Below are positions 28,552 to 38,305 of a stretch of 49,551 nt of DNA, piece after piece (position 1 is the first letter of the stretch; each line of letters starts with the position of its first letter). The DNA is from an uncultured bacterium (GTDB lineage Bacteria; JAJVIF01; JAPKYR01), in the NCBI GenBank assembly GCA_965369865.1, contig CBDURU010000016.1, forward strand, positions 1 to 49,551. Reading direction: 5' to 3'. Under the pieces are notes generated by a model, which ran no database searches, had not been told where the DNA came from, and saw nothing but the letters and a program-made list of their open reading frames with translations. Position numbers and translations under genes: made by a program.

Positions 28552-30108
28552 TTATTCCTTGTAAATCTTCTCGTCGATCAGGGTCTCCTGCACCAGGCGT
28601 CCATTTGGATCGAAGCAGAAGTACTTGAACTGTTTCTGGAATTCAAGGTCGACCATTTTCTGGCCGGTACGGTTCTTTTCGATCGTACAGATCACCCATC
28701 GCTTGAATTCGGTCATTTTGGACGGGTTATAGACTATGTTCGACTTGGAGATGATTTTCGATTTATCATTGAGAATAAGACAGATATCCGCCTCGTAGTC
28801 GATCGCCGATGAACCCCTAAGGTGATAAATATGCATTCGCTTAGCCTTCAGACCCTCACGGTCGGCGGCGACAACAGCAAACACCGGAATGTCGGTGCTC
28901 AGGGCAAGGTCCTTGAGACCCTGGGTGATGATTGTGATTTTCTCATCTTCGGTAGCTGGTTCCGGGAATACCGGGACTTTCTGAAGGTAATCAACAAACA
29001 GGATGACATTGCCGTATTGTGCTTTCGCTTCCAGGACCATTCTTCTCAAGGCCTGGATTGTGGTCTTGATGGAATTACCCTTTATGAAGAACAGCTTATC
29101 CTTGTAATCCTCAAGCCTGTCGAGGACCATTTTCCCACGGTGCGAATTTTTCAAAAGGTCAACAAATCCGACCTTACCTTCACGAGCCTTTTCAATTCCC
29201 TCAATAACATCCCGTTCGGTTAATCCCTGGTCGAAAGGAGTGGCGCCGACAGGGTTGATACTTTCGAGCGGAATAAGTCGTTTGAACAGGTATGGCGGGT
29301 CATGCTCATAGCAAACGTAAAGACAGTGAGCCTGTCCGGACATGGCGATATTTCTTGCTATTTGCACTGCCATAATGGTTTTACCGACACCCTGTGCTCC
29401 ACCGATCAGGATTAGTTCTCTCGCAGCGGCACCTGATATTGCACGGTCAAGGACATCAAACCCGGTTTCATAGATTTTAAACAAAGATGCCTCGCCACGT
29501 TCTGTTTCCTGGTGAATGTTGTGCATGATTTCGGCGACGGATTCCGGGCGTTCCTCACCACCGCTAACAAAAGCCTGTGTGAGCTCCTCGCTAACAAAAT
29601 TGATAACCGTTTGCGGATCGCGAGTTGAATCTTTCGACATCCCAAGAGCCATTTCCATGGTATGGCGGAATTTCTCCCGGACATGATAATCCCGCATCGC
29701 ATGGACAAGCTGGGGAAATTCTTCCGCGTTTGTATCAGTGCCGGTCGCAAGTTCGGTCCAGTATTCCGACCCGCCGAATTTGTCCCAGTCATCGACTTCT
29801 TTCATCCGGCGTTGTATGGAACCCACATCGATATCTTCACTTGCCAGGAGGCAGTTGAAAGCGGCATGGACCACGAGCCTGTGTCTCGATGTAAAGGAAC
29901 CGACAGCCGGACCAAATTCACGAAGCATCCTGACAAGATCAACGGATGGTTTTTTCAATAAAACGCCGATGAGTTCCCTTTCCAGGGTCAACTGATCGAC
30001 GCCAACCGGTGCAACGGTACTGGGCTTATTGATCTCTTCAGCATTATTTTCAGTGATTTCATTCAAACCGACGGTATCCTTTCCGGCTTGATCTATACTA
30101 TCAACCAT
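28552..30108 (-). CDS. DnaB-like (RecA-superfamily) ATPase/helicase, non-canonical
   Basis: DnaB-like N-terminal helical domain. Walker A GAQGVGKT, Walker B LFVDYLQ, LRGSSAIDYEAD, EKNRTG. Confidence 0.75.
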   Translation of the reverse strand: MVDSIDQAGKDTVGLNEITENNAEEINKPSTVAPVGVDQLTLERELIGVLLKKPSVDLVRMLREFGPAVGSFTSRHRLVVHAAFNCLLASEDIDVGSIQRRMKEVDDWDKFGGSEYWTELATGTDTNAEEFPQLVHAMRDYHVREKFRHTMEMALGMSKDSTRDPQTVINFVSEELTQAFVSGGEERPESVAEIMHNIHQETERGEASLFKIYETGFDVLDRAISGAAARELILIGGAQGVGKTIMAVQIARNIAMSGQAHCLYVCYEHDPPYLFKRLIPLESINPVGATPFDQGLTERDVIEGIEKAREGKVGFVDLLKNSHRGKMVLDRLEDYKDKLFFIKGNSIKTTIQALRRMVLEAKAQYGNVILFVDYLQKVPVFPEPATEDEKITIITQGLKDLALSTDIPVFAVVAADREGLKAKRMHIYHLRGSSAIDYEADICLILNDKSKIISKSNIVYNPSKMTEFKRWVICTIEKNRTGQKMVDLEFQKQFKYFCFDPNGRLVQETLIDEKIYKE

Positions 30109-30281
30109 TTATTAAACCTCCCGACAGAAGATAACAATTCTTGTCAAATTAATATCATGGGAAAATATGGGAAAGGTCACAAACGTAATAAAGGTAATTT
30201 AATAGGTATAAATAATGTTACAAAGTCACTCTTGTCCAAAAAAATTAAATTTGATCAAGTGGTTTAAAGAAAGATTTGTCC

Positions 30282-30503
30282 AACGTGCCCTCCCTGACGG
30301 GGCTGTTGAAAAAGTTATTAGACTGAAAAATCACAAGGGATCAAAACTTCCGATACCGCTCTCCATGCGGACGGGCCGTCCGCGGTACTGCAGGCCGGCG
30401 TCCTGCGCTACGGGATTTAGTACTTTATCAACAGCCCCTGACGGTCGGGCTTCTGTTATGCCATCCCAAAACGTGCCCTCCCTGACGGTCGGGCTACTGT
30501 TAT
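30282..30503. repeat. Two copies of a REP-like repeat (AACGTGCCCTCCCTGACGGTCGGGCT); the first is interrupted by a MITE
   Basis: Intact copy at ~30470-30503. Interrupted copy split at 30282-30298 and 30439-30459. Confidence 0.75.
30299..30438. mobile_element. 140-bp MITE with IS-type terminal inverted repeats and a target-site duplication
   Basis: GGGGCTGTTGAAAAAGT … ACTTTATCAACAGCCCC, flanked by TGAC on both sides. An alternative parse gives shorter TIRs and an 8-bp CCTGACGG duplication. Confidence 0.8.
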
Positions 30504-30511
30504 ATGCTGTT

Positions 30512-31273
30512 TCAAAAATACTCGGATTGTCGGGCCAGAACGAATCCGTAAACATTCAGAGCGCCAGCTTTCAGAATCGCGCGCGCACATTCATTCATGG
30601 TTGTACCGGTTGTCATCACATCGTCGATTACAAGGACATTTTTCCCGGATACCAGGCACCCATCAAACACACACATACTTTCATGAAGGTTTCTCTCACG
30701 GTCCTCCCTGCTTAACCTTGCCTGTGGCGGCGTCTCACGAATTTTGTAAAGGGTCCTCGGGAGTAATGGGATCGCAAATGATTTTGAGATTTGCTCAGAT
30801 AATTCATCCGGAGGTGAAAATCCTCTGATACGGAGGGTGCCTGGATGCTGTGGAACTGGAATTATGAAATCGAGCGTTTCCCACCAGCCGGGAGCGTTGA
30901 GAACCGCCCAGTCTGTCATCAGGCCTGTAAAGATACTGGAAAGGTGCCTTTGATTATGGTACTTCCATCGGACGATCGCCCGGCTTAAAGGACCGGAATA
31001 TTTAAAAGAGGCGATCGATTGTTTTGTGCGTGTGGGTCTGGTTCTGCAGTCAGAGCACAGACTTCCCCCTGCCCCGGTTCCAGGCAAGCCGGGTGAGCCG
31101 CACTTTTTGCAACTGCGATCGGAGTCAATCGGTTCAAGCATTGAATGGCACTCAGGACAGAATCCATGATGATCGATCCTGTCACATCCCGGACACCAGC
31201 CAGGAAAAACAAGGTTGAATACACCTGATATGAGGTCGGAGGCCAGGCTTGTTATTAAAAAATCATGCAACAT
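30512..31273 (-). CDS. comF: ComF family amidophosphoribosyltransferase-like competence protein
   Basis: Double zinc ribbon (CPGC, CPEC, CKKC, CSDC); IIPVP; PRT motif VLVIDDVMTTGTT. Confidence 0.9.
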   Translation of the reverse strand: MLHDFLITSLASDLISGVFNLVFPGWCPGCDRIDHHGFCPECHSMLEPIDSDRSCKKCGSPGLPGTGAGGSLCSDCRTRPTRTKQSIASFKYSGPLSRAIVRWKYHNQRHLSSIFTGLMTDWAVLNAPGWWETLDFIIPVPQHPGTLRIRGFSPPDELSEQISKSFAIPLLPRTLYKIRETPPQARLSREDRERNLHESMCVFDGCLVSGKNVLVIDDVMTTGTTMNECARAILKAGALNVYGFVLARQSEYF

Positions 31274-31397
31274 GCAATCCTCTTATGATTCGCAAATAGA
31301 ATAACCACCCAATACTAAACGAATGGAAACATGGAAACCTGACATAAATTTTTCAATTTTTGAGCATTATTATGCTGGCCAATGGAAGGATGTTACA

Positions 31398-32237
31398 TCA
31401 GGGTTCAAGGTAAACATCGACCCAGATGCCTTCCCAGAGCCGCATTTTATCTTTTGCCGATTCCCCCGGCCATGCGATTTCAAGGAGGGTGAATGAATTA
31501 ATAAGTGCAATGGGTTTTCCAGGCTCGCTGTCGAGATATGTGCGGTTAAGGCCCTTGATTTTACACGATGAGACCGTCAGCACAATTTTCTGTGGATTTT
31601 CCATCCAGCCGATTTTCTCGAGGAACTCCCGCGTGATGTTAGTCCAGGCATTCCCATAATGATCAATATGGGTAATTTTTCCTTTAACCCGCCCATTATC
31701 AAGTTCCGGTTTATCGATGTCGAGTGGGGTGAGGGTACCGAGTTTCGGTCCGATTGAATGAAAAGGCGTCCCATTTGCCAGGTGAGCGGCTACCGGAGCG
31801 AAAATATCCCGTCCATGGAATGTCGCGCTGATTTCAGGGAGCATGTATTTTGGGTTCTGGATTTCTACAGCTTCCCAGTAAACATTTTCAGCAATGATTT
31901 CGGTAAGGCATCCGTTGTCAGGAGCGATGAAGAACCTGTCATGGGCTTTCAGCAGGATGGCTTTCCGATCCGTCCCGACCTGGGGATCGACGACAATAAC
32001 GAAGATGCTTCCTTTTGGGAAGAATTTCCAGGAACCTTTAAGAAATGCGGCTGTAACGAGAATATTGTGCTTTGGGACATTATTGCAGAGGTCAAGGACG
32101 TGAGCTTCCGGTGCGATATCCGCGACAACCCCTTTCATTTGTCCGATGTAGGGGTCTTCATCACCGAAATCGGTCATTAGTACAATGGTTTGGTGAGGAT
32201 ATGATTTATTGGTTTGATTGTCAGTCAATTCCCTCAT
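31398..32237 (-). CDS. SAM hydroxide adenosyltransferase (DUF62 / chlorinase-fluorinase superfamily)
   Basis: LMTDFGDEDPY, VVDPQVGTDR, PDNG, SATFHGRDIFAP, IDHYGN. Confidence 0.9.
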   Translation of the reverse strand: MRELTDNQTNKSYPHQTIVLMTDFGDEDPYIGQMKGVVADIAPEAHVLDLCNNVPKHNILVTAAFLKGSWKFFPKGSIFVIVVDPQVGTDRKAILLKAHDRFFIAPDNGCLTEIIAENVYWEAVEIQNPKYMLPEISATFHGRDIFAPVAAHLANGTPFHSIGPKLGTLTPLDIDKPELDNGRVKGKITHIDHYGNAWTNITREFLEKIGWMENPQKIVLTVSSCKIKGLNRTYLDSEPGKPIALINSFTLLEIAWPGESAKDKMRLWEGIWVDVYLEP

Positions 32238-32688
32238 CTCCCTGCGGCCTGTCGAGGAAATACATTCCCTCGCATTCCGTTTTTATAATTTTTTCATCAC
32301 CATCGAGTGTGTATAGAATTCCCTTCGTTTTGGCCGCTCTCGATCCGAGGTTTTCAACCCATCCCTCGAGGTAAACAGTTTCGCCAACTTTCACTTCCTT
32401 TCGGAATTTAATGGACATCCTGGTTGTAATGGCCAGTTTGTTGGTTGTCATGATCGCGTACGCCATCACATCGTCGAGCACGGACGCCTGGAGTCCGCCA
32501 TGGACTACGTTATCCCATCCCTGGTGCTCCGGACGGAAAACAAAAAGAGATTCAGCCCGTTTGTTTTCGTGATCCAGCTTAAATTCAAGGTGCAGGCCGA
32601 TCGGGTTTGTGGATCCGCATACGAAACATCCATCGTCACGCCATTTCACCTTACGTCCTTCACGTGGAATTTCAGCTCTTTCTTTCAT
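32221..32688 (-). CDS. PaaI-family hotdog thioesterase
   Basis: CFVCGSTNPIGLHL and HQGWDNVVHGGLQASVLDD. Start set at MKERAE, 8 nt after a TGgTAAGAT extended -10. Confidence 0.85.
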   Translation of the reverse strand: MKERAEIPREGRKVKWRDDGCFVCGSTNPIGLHLEFKLDHENKRAESLFVFRPEHQGWDNVVHGGLQASVLDDVMAYAIMTTNKLAITTRMSIKFRKEVKVGETVYLEGWVENLGSRAAKTKGILYTLDGDEKIIKTECEGMYFLDRPQGDEGID

Positions 32689-32759
32689 AGGCGGAAATCT
32701 TACCATAAACATACAAACCAACGGGGACCTTTGATTGAGGTAGTAGTGTCCTGGGTTTA

Positions 32760-33215
32760 TTACAGGTCGACTTGATATGTCTTTCCAAGGTGTTTGATAT
32801 CCTTCAGAAAATTCCTTCGACAGCTTGAATAATAAAGGTGAGTCCGGGAATCCTTCGAATCGCCGCAACCGAACCTGGGGATCGCCGGAAAGGTCCGGAG
32901 GGAGACAATTTTCGAAAGCTCCTGCTCGATTTTATTTTCTGAGATCAGATACCAGATTCTTGCTAGCTTGTGTCCGCGAGTGAGGTAATCAATATGCCAG
33001 TACAACTTCCCGATACCCAGGATGTGACGTGAGAGCCGTCCACGAAGGCCGTTCAGTGCGCTGCCGATGTAGTAATACCAACCTTTTTGGAGTTCAAACT
33101 CCCCAAGTTTACCGATTTTAATGCTTGAGCACCCTGTGCGATGAATTTCGAGAATATACGATCCTTTGAGGGACTTACTCATCGAGTGGATTTTAACTGG
33201 GAGAATCCTGTTCAT
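32760..33215 (-). CDS. GIY-YIG nuclease family protein (DUF123-like)
   Basis: KGSYIL…GWYYYIGSA…RLSRH…WHIDYL…FGCGD…THLY. Confidence 0.85.
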   Translation of the reverse strand: MNRILPVKIHSMSKSLKGSYILEIHRTGCSSIKIGKLGEFELQKGWYYYIGSALNGLRGRLSRHILGIGKLYWHIDYLTRGHKLARIWYLISENKIEQELSKIVSLRTFPAIPRFGCGDSKDSRTHLYYSSCRRNFLKDIKHLGKTYQVDL

Positions 33216-33253
33216 GGCTTGGATTTGAAGTATACAGACAATTCATTGATGTG

Positions 33254-33364
33254 GCAGGCCGGCGTCCTGCGCTACGGATTGAATGCAGGCCGGCGTCCTG
33301 CGCTACGGATTGAATGCAGGCCGGCGTCCTGCGCTACGGATTGAATGCAGGCCGGCGTCCTGCG
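33254..33364. repeat. 31-nt tandem array (~3.6 copies) of a GTAG-type REP palindrome
   Basis: Unit GCAGGCCGGCGTCCTGCGCTACGGATTGAAT. Reverse complement contains GTAG-CGCAGG…CCTGC. The same palindrome occurs at 30389-30411. Confidence 0.9.
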
Positions 33365-33411
33365 TTAAAGTCAGGCGCGTGATATAATAAATTTTTACAG
33401 GATAATAAAAG

Positions 33412-34491
33412 ATGTCTGATTTAAACGAAAAACTTGATGGAATTCTGGCACGGTTTGCCGAGATTGAAAAATCGCTGCAGGACCCTTCGGTTACCCGCGA
33501 TCCCGCCCGAATGAAGGAGCTCGGGATCGAGCACAAGGAACTTATGCCCGTGGTCGGGTTCATCAATGAGCTTAAAAATATTGAGACCGAAATTGAAGGC
33601 CTCGAGGAAATGCTCAATGAGAAGGGTGTTGAGGACGAATTGAAAAAACTGGCCGCGGATGAGCTCCCTGAAGTCCGCCTAAAACATGATGAAAAGCTTA
33701 ATGAATTGAGGAGGGAACTCCTGCCGAGGGACCCCCGTGACCAGAAGGACGTAATAATAGAGATTCGGGCCGGGACAGGCGGAGATGAGGCCGCGATTTT
33801 CGCTGGAGACCTGTTCAGGATGTATTCAAGGTATGCAGAAAACAGGAATTGGAAAGCATTGATAATCAGTGAAAATCCACTTCCGATTGGAAACGGCTAC
33901 AAGGAGATCATTATTGAAATCAAGGGCGACGGGGCATATTCAAGGCTGAAATTCGAGGGAGGCACCCATAGGGTCCAGCGTGTACCGAAAACCGAGTCGT
34001 CCGGGCGGATTCACACATCGGCGGCTACAGTTGCCGTGATGGTGATGCCCGACCCGGTTGAGGTCCAGATCGATGAGAAAGATTTAAGGATCGATACGTT
34101 CAGGGCATCATCTGCAGGCGGACAGCATGTGAACAAAACAGACTCCGCTGTCAGGCTTACTCACATGCCTACCGGGATCGTTGTTTCATCGCAGGATCAA
34201 AGATCGCAGCACCAGAACAAGGAAAAGGCAATGATGCTTCTGAGGGCATACATTCATGAGAGAATGGAAGCCGAACGCGCTGACAAGATTCGTGATGAAA
34301 GACGGAGCCAGGTTACCAGCGGCGACCGGTCAGCGAAAATCAGAACCTATAACTGGCCGCAAAGCCGTGTGACCGACCACAGGATCGGACTCGACCATGC
34401 GCTTATGAAAGTTGTGGAAGGTGACCTGGACCCGATTATCGACCGGCTCCAGTTGGCCCACGAAGCAGAACAACTTGCAGAAGTGACTTGA
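33412..34491 (+). CDS. prfA: Peptide chain release factor 1
   Basis: GTGGDEA, HRVQRVPKTES (PxT of RF1), GGQ motif, IRTYN. Confidence 0.97.
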   Translation: MSDLNEKLDGILARFAEIEKSLQDPSVTRDPARMKELGIEHKELMPVVGFINELKNIETEIEGLEEMLNEKGVEDELKKLAADELPEVRLKHDEKLNELRRELLPRDPRDQKDVIIEIRAGTGGDEAAIFAGDLFRMYSRYAENRNWKALIISENPLPIGNGYKEIIIEIKGDGAYSRLKFEGGTHRVQRVPKTESSGRIHTSAATVAVMVMPDPVEVQIDEKDLRIDTFRASSAGGQHVNKTDSAVRLTHMPTGIVVSSQDQRSQHQNKEKAMMLLRAYIHERMEAERADKIRDERRSQVTSGDRSAKIRTYNWPQSRVTDHRIGLDHALMKVVEGDLDPIIDRLQLAHEAEQLAEVT

Positions 34492-34509
34492 TCTAACCCA
34501 AATGAAGAC

Positions 34510-35373
34510 ATGGAAATCCCCGCAACTCCTGGGCAATTTTTGAAAAACGTTACGGATTCTCTCGAAAAAGTAACCGGGGATCGTGATTCGGCACGCCAGG
34601 AAGCGCATTTGATCGCCGAACATGTGCTTGGCGTTGAAATATCGAATATTCTCGCTGGCATTGCATCCGTACCTACAAAAGAGCAAATTGGTGAAATGGT
34701 AAGGATTTTGCAACTTCGAGAGGAGCGGAAACCCCTGGCTCATATTCTCGGATATGCCTGGTTTTACAATCACAGGTTTTACGTAGCCGATGGAGTACTT
34801 GTGCCCCGTCCGGAGACTGAAATCCTTGTTGATGAAGCATTAACATTCATCAGGGAGCATCCCGGGAAGGAACTGAGAATACTTGATTTATACACCGGAT
34901 GCGGGAATGTCATTCTTTCCTTAAATCTGGCATGCGATCGGATAAGCGGCGCAGGCATTGATTCTGACGGAACTTCAATTGAATGTGCGGAGAAGAATGG
35001 TATTCATCTTCATTGTGACAATATTGAATTCAGATACGAGGATGTTTTTGCTTTTATTGAGAAAACAACTGAGAAGTACCATTTGATAACCGCAAATCCG
35101 CCGTATATTCCATCAGGAGAGATTTCCAGCCTTCAACCGGAAATTTCACAATATGAAAATCGGGCTGCTCTGGACGGCGGGCCGGACGGGATGGACCATT
35201 ACCGTCAACTCGCGGGAATATTAAGGAAAGTCCTTGAACCGGACGGTTTGTTCCTGTCGGAGATAGGAATCGGGCAGAAAGACAAGATTTCGGATTTATT
35301 CGGAGCATGGGTTGGTGTACAATCTATTAAGGACTTAAATGGAATCCCAAGGATCTTATCGGCAAGGAAATGA
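34510..35373 (+). CDS. prmC: Release factor glutamine methyltransferase
   Basis: VLVPRPETE, DLYTGCG, NPPY, ALDGGPDG; located directly after prfA. Confidence 0.93.
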   Translation: MEIPATPGQFLKNVTDSLEKVTGDRDSARQEAHLIAEHVLGVEISNILAGIASVPTKEQIGEMVRILQLREERKPLAHILGYAWFYNHRFYVADGVLVPRPETEILVDEALTFIREHPGKELRILDLYTGCGNVILSLNLACDRISGAGIDSDGTSIECAEKNGIHLHCDNIEFRYEDVFAFIEKTTEKYHLITANPPYIPSGEISSLQPEISQYENRAALDGGPDGMDHYRQLAGILRKVLEPDGLFLSEIGIGQKDKISDLFGAWVGVQSIKDLNGIPRILSARK

Positions 35374-35834
35374 CCGACCAGGAAACTGAAAAACCAGGTG
35401 CTTGCTTTAACGACCGGATGCTTGTACAGCTCGCACGCGACCAAAGGGAAAAGTCGTACGCGAAATATTCGGATTTCACGGTCGGTGCATCGGTGGTTGG
35501 TGAAAGCGGGAAAGCATATTTCGGATGTAATATCGAAAATGCAAGTTACCCGGTTGGGATATGCGCTGAACGTACAGCGGTGGCGACAGCGATTGCCCAC
35601 GGCGAGAGAAAAATCACATCCCTGGCGCTTGCAGGCGGGAAACGGGATGAATTGCCGGACAGTAAAATTCGGCCATGCGGCATGTGTCTTCAATTTCTCA
35701 GTGAATTCATGGACCCCGACGCGAGTATTTTGATAGCGGACGGGGATTCCGGTTTCGAATCATTTACATTTTCAGAATTACTCCCTCATGCGTTCAATTT
35801 AAAGGCAAATGAACGGGACGATGACAATGACTGA
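35370..35834 (+). CDS. cdd: Cytidine deaminase
   Basis: YSDFTVGA, GCNIENASY, CAERTA, PCGMC, ELLPHAF. Confidence 0.92.
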   Translation: MTDQETEKPGACFNDRMLVQLARDQREKSYAKYSDFTVGASVVGESGKAYFGCNIENASYPVGICAERTAVATAIAHGERKITSLALAGGKRDELPDSKIRPCGMCLQFLSEFMDPDASILIADGDSGFESFTFSELLPHAFNLKANERDDDND

Positions 35835-36456
35835 AATTATTTTTGAGAGGAAACTTGCCGAAGAACAGGTAATCGAGAAGGCTGGGGCGATTCTTGAAGG
35901 TGGGGGGATAATAGTGATCCCGACCGATACGATCCCTGGAATCGGGTGCCTGGCAAATAACTGCGATGCCGTAATAAAGGTTTTCGCGCTCAAGGAACGT
36001 CCTGCTAATCTTGCATTGCCGGTGATTATCGCCGATTCGAAGGATGTCGAGAAATACACGAAATATATTCCGCCAGCTTTTTATAAATTGACAGACCGGT
36101 ACTGGCCGGGACCTGTGACAGTTATCCTGAAATCCAACGGCGTGATCGACTGTAGTGTTGGAGGCGGCAAGGACACGCTCGGTTTTCGAATCCCCGACAG
36201 CCCGTTGATCAGGGGCCTGATCAGGAAAATGGGAGTACCTCTCGCCCTGACCAGCGCGAATCCACATAATGTTTTACCGTCGGCGGTACACCAGAAGCTT
36301 CTCACCTGGTGGAAGAACGAGGTGGATTTAATAATACTCGGCAGGTCGACCGCGCCGAGAATCCCGTCCGCTGTCGTTGACCTTGTCTCGGATCCCCCAA
36401 AAATTCTGAGGGAAGGCACTATCGAGACGATGGAGCTGGAGTCGCATCTCTTCTAA
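35821..36456 (+). CDS. tsaC: L-threonylcarbamoyladenylate synthase (YrdC/TsaC)
   Basis: PTDT, KERP, WPGPVT, TSAN, ILREG. The exact start among the ATGs at 35809, 35821 and 35827 is uncertain. Confidence 0.88.
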   Translation: MTMTEIIFERKLAEEQVIEKAGAILEGGGIIVIPTDTIPGIGCLANNCDAVIKVFALKERPANLALPVIIADSKDVEKYTKYIPPAFYKLTDRYWPGPVTVILKSNGVIDCSVGGGKDTLGFRIPDSPLIRGLIRKMGVPLALTSANPHNVLPSAVHQKLLTWWKNEVDLIILGRSTAPRIPSAVVDLVSDPPKILREGTIETMELESHLF

Positions 36457-36485
36457 ATTGTTTTGAAATTAGTTGATATTGATCC

Positions 36486-36515
36486 TTGACCGGGTTTCAG
36501 AATAGACGTTATACT
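36486..36515 (+). promoter_or_regulatory. Sigma70-like promoter of prs
   Basis: TTGACC-18nt-TATACT upstream of the AGGAG SD. Confidence 0.6.
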
Positions 36516-36549
36516 CGCGCAGTCGATAAAAAAATCAGGAGAGTACAAT

Positions 36550-37539
36550 ATGCCCCTCCCTGTCGGTCAGAGACACTACACACATGGCGATATTCGCAGG
36601 ACTAACAAGATGAAAGTATTTCCCGGATCAGCATCGATCGATCTGACCAGGGAAATCTGCAAGTCCCTCAATATCAAACCCGGAAAGGTCAAATACGAAA
36701 GGTTTTCGAATGACAACACGTTCTGTTCTATCAAGGAAAATGTCCGGGAATGCGATGTCTTCCTGGTGCAGACCTCGGCCCGTCCTGTGAATGATAATTT
36801 AATGGAAGCGTTGATAATGATCGACGCCCTGGTGCGTGCAAGCGCTCGACGGATCACGATGGTTATGCCGTATTACGCATACGCTCGATCTGACAAGAAG
36901 GATCGTCCGAGAATACCAATTACCGCCAGCCTTGTCGCGAGAATTCTCGAAACCGCCGGCGTCAACCGGTTACTGACGATGGACCTCCATGCCGAGCAGA
37001 TCCAGGGTTTCTTCTCGGTTCCTGTGGATCAGCTTGTGGCGTTACCGATTATCGTGAAGTATTTAAAGAAAAAGAAAATAAAAAATCCGGTAATTGTCGC
37101 GCCTGACGCAGGGAGCGCGAAGCGATCGGGTGCATATGCGGAACGGATGAAGGTTCCGCTGGCAATTATCGATAAAAGACGTGACAAAATCACAGGCGAG
37201 GTAAAAATCCACGGGGTTGTTGGAGATGTCAAGCGCCAGAATGTAATCATACTGGATGATGAAATCAATTCAGGAGGGAGTATTATCAAGGCTATTGAAA
37301 CGGTGAAAAATGCCGGGGCCAGGGATGTGTACGCGGGATGTACCCATCCGGTTTTCTCACCTGATGCTGTTGAGAAGCTGGAAAATACCGTGGTTAGGGA
37401 GATCGTGGTAACTGATACGGTCCCAATTTTCGATCGTGGTAAAAAAGGGAAGTTGAAAGTGCTGCCGGTCGGACCGCTGTTCGCGCGGGCGATTCGTTCG
37501 ATTCACACGGGAAGCAGTGTCAGTGTCCATTTCAAGTAG
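36550..37539 (+). CDS. prs: Ribose-phosphate pyrophosphokinase
   Basis: PYYAYARSDKK, MDLHAEQIQGFF, PDAG, ILDDEINSGGS, THPVFS. Confidence 0.95.
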   Translation: MPLPVGQRHYTHGDIRRTNKMKVFPGSASIDLTREICKSLNIKPGKVKYERFSNDNTFCSIKENVRECDVFLVQTSARPVNDNLMEALIMIDALVRASARRITMVMPYYAYARSDKKDRPRIPITASLVARILETAGVNRLLTMDLHAEQIQGFFSVPVDQLVALPIIVKYLKKKKIKNPVIVAPDAGSAKRSGAYAERMKVPLAIIDKRRDKITGEVKIHGVVGDVKRQNVIILDDEINSGGSIIKAIETVKNAGARDVYAGCTHPVFSPDAVEKLENTVVREIVVTDTVPIFDRGKKGKLKVLPVGPLFARAIRSIHTGSSVSVHFK

Positions 37540-37567
37540 GATCCGATAATTTCGGGCAAGAACAAAG

Positions 37568-38275
37568 ATGCCATTTAATATTCTTCTTTTACTTCAACAT
37601 ACAGCAGATACTGCAGCCGAGCACATAAGTATTTTCGAGCGGATATCCGAATGGTGCACAAATGTAATCCAGGTGACGCATTATCCTGGCGTATTTTTCC
37701 TTATGGCCCTTGAATCGATGATCGCACCGATTCCGTCTGAAGCTGTAATGCCGTTTGCGGGATTCCTGATTTCCATGGGAGAGATGACATGGCCTTTGGT
37801 CGCGCTATGGTCTACCCTTGGTTCTGTTGTCGGAAGCCTGCTTTCATACTGGATGGGAATGTACGGCGGGAGACCACTCGTTTTGAAAGTCGGAAAATAT
37901 CTTCTCCTGAATGTCCATCATCTCGATGCAACGGAGAGGTACTTTAACAAATATGGTCCCATAACCGTTTTCATATGCCGGTTCGTGCCGGTTGTGAGGC
38001 ATTTTATAAGTATTCCAGCCGGGATGGGAAAAATGCCGATGGTGACATTCCTGTCGATGACAATTGTCGGTGCATTCATGTGGAATATGATTCTCGCGTG
38101 GGCGGGTTACTGGTTAAAAGAGAACTGGCAGGATCTGAAAGGGTATTTCCACTGGATCGACATAGTAATCCTGGCGATTATCCTGCTGGTCATTGTTGCT
38201 TTTATTATCCGGCAGGTGGTTGAATGGAAGGCACTAAGAAAAAATAAAATTGAAAACGAAAGCAAAATGGAATAG
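37568..38275 (+). CDS. DedA family membrane protein
   Basis: LMALESMIAPIPSEAVMPFAG, YWMGMYGGR, RFVPVVRHFISIPAG. Confidence 0.92.
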   Translation: MPFNILLLLQHTADTAAEHISIFERISEWCTNVIQVTHYPGVFFLMALESMIAPIPSEAVMPFAGFLISMGEMTWPLVALWSTLGSVVGSLLSYWMGMYGGRPLVLKVGKYLLLNVHHLDATERYFNKYGPITVFICRFVPVVRHFISIPAGMGKMPMVTFLSMTIVGAFMWNMILAWAGYWLKENWQDLKGYFHWIDIVILAIILLVIVAFIIRQVVEWKALRKNKIENESKME

Positions 38276-38305
38276 AACATCCAGGATACAGGGGAGTTAA
38301 ATGTA

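Noticed and set aside
30215..30715. 166-aa ORF spanning the MITE/REP region as a transposase remnant
   Set aside because: No DDE or HUH motifs; it is read-through of repeats and antisense comF.
31398..32688. Fluorinase plus FlK-like thioesterase (fluorometabolite cluster)
   Set aside because: The DUF62 protein has the Asp-Arg-His residues (VDP…R, TFHGRD) typical of SAM hydroxide adenosyltransferases. The thioesterase is PaaI-type, and no other fl genes are present.
33254..33364. Possible CRISPR array
   Set aside because: The linkers are identical and only ~8 nt long, so there are no unique spacers, and no cas genes are present. It is a tandem REP array.
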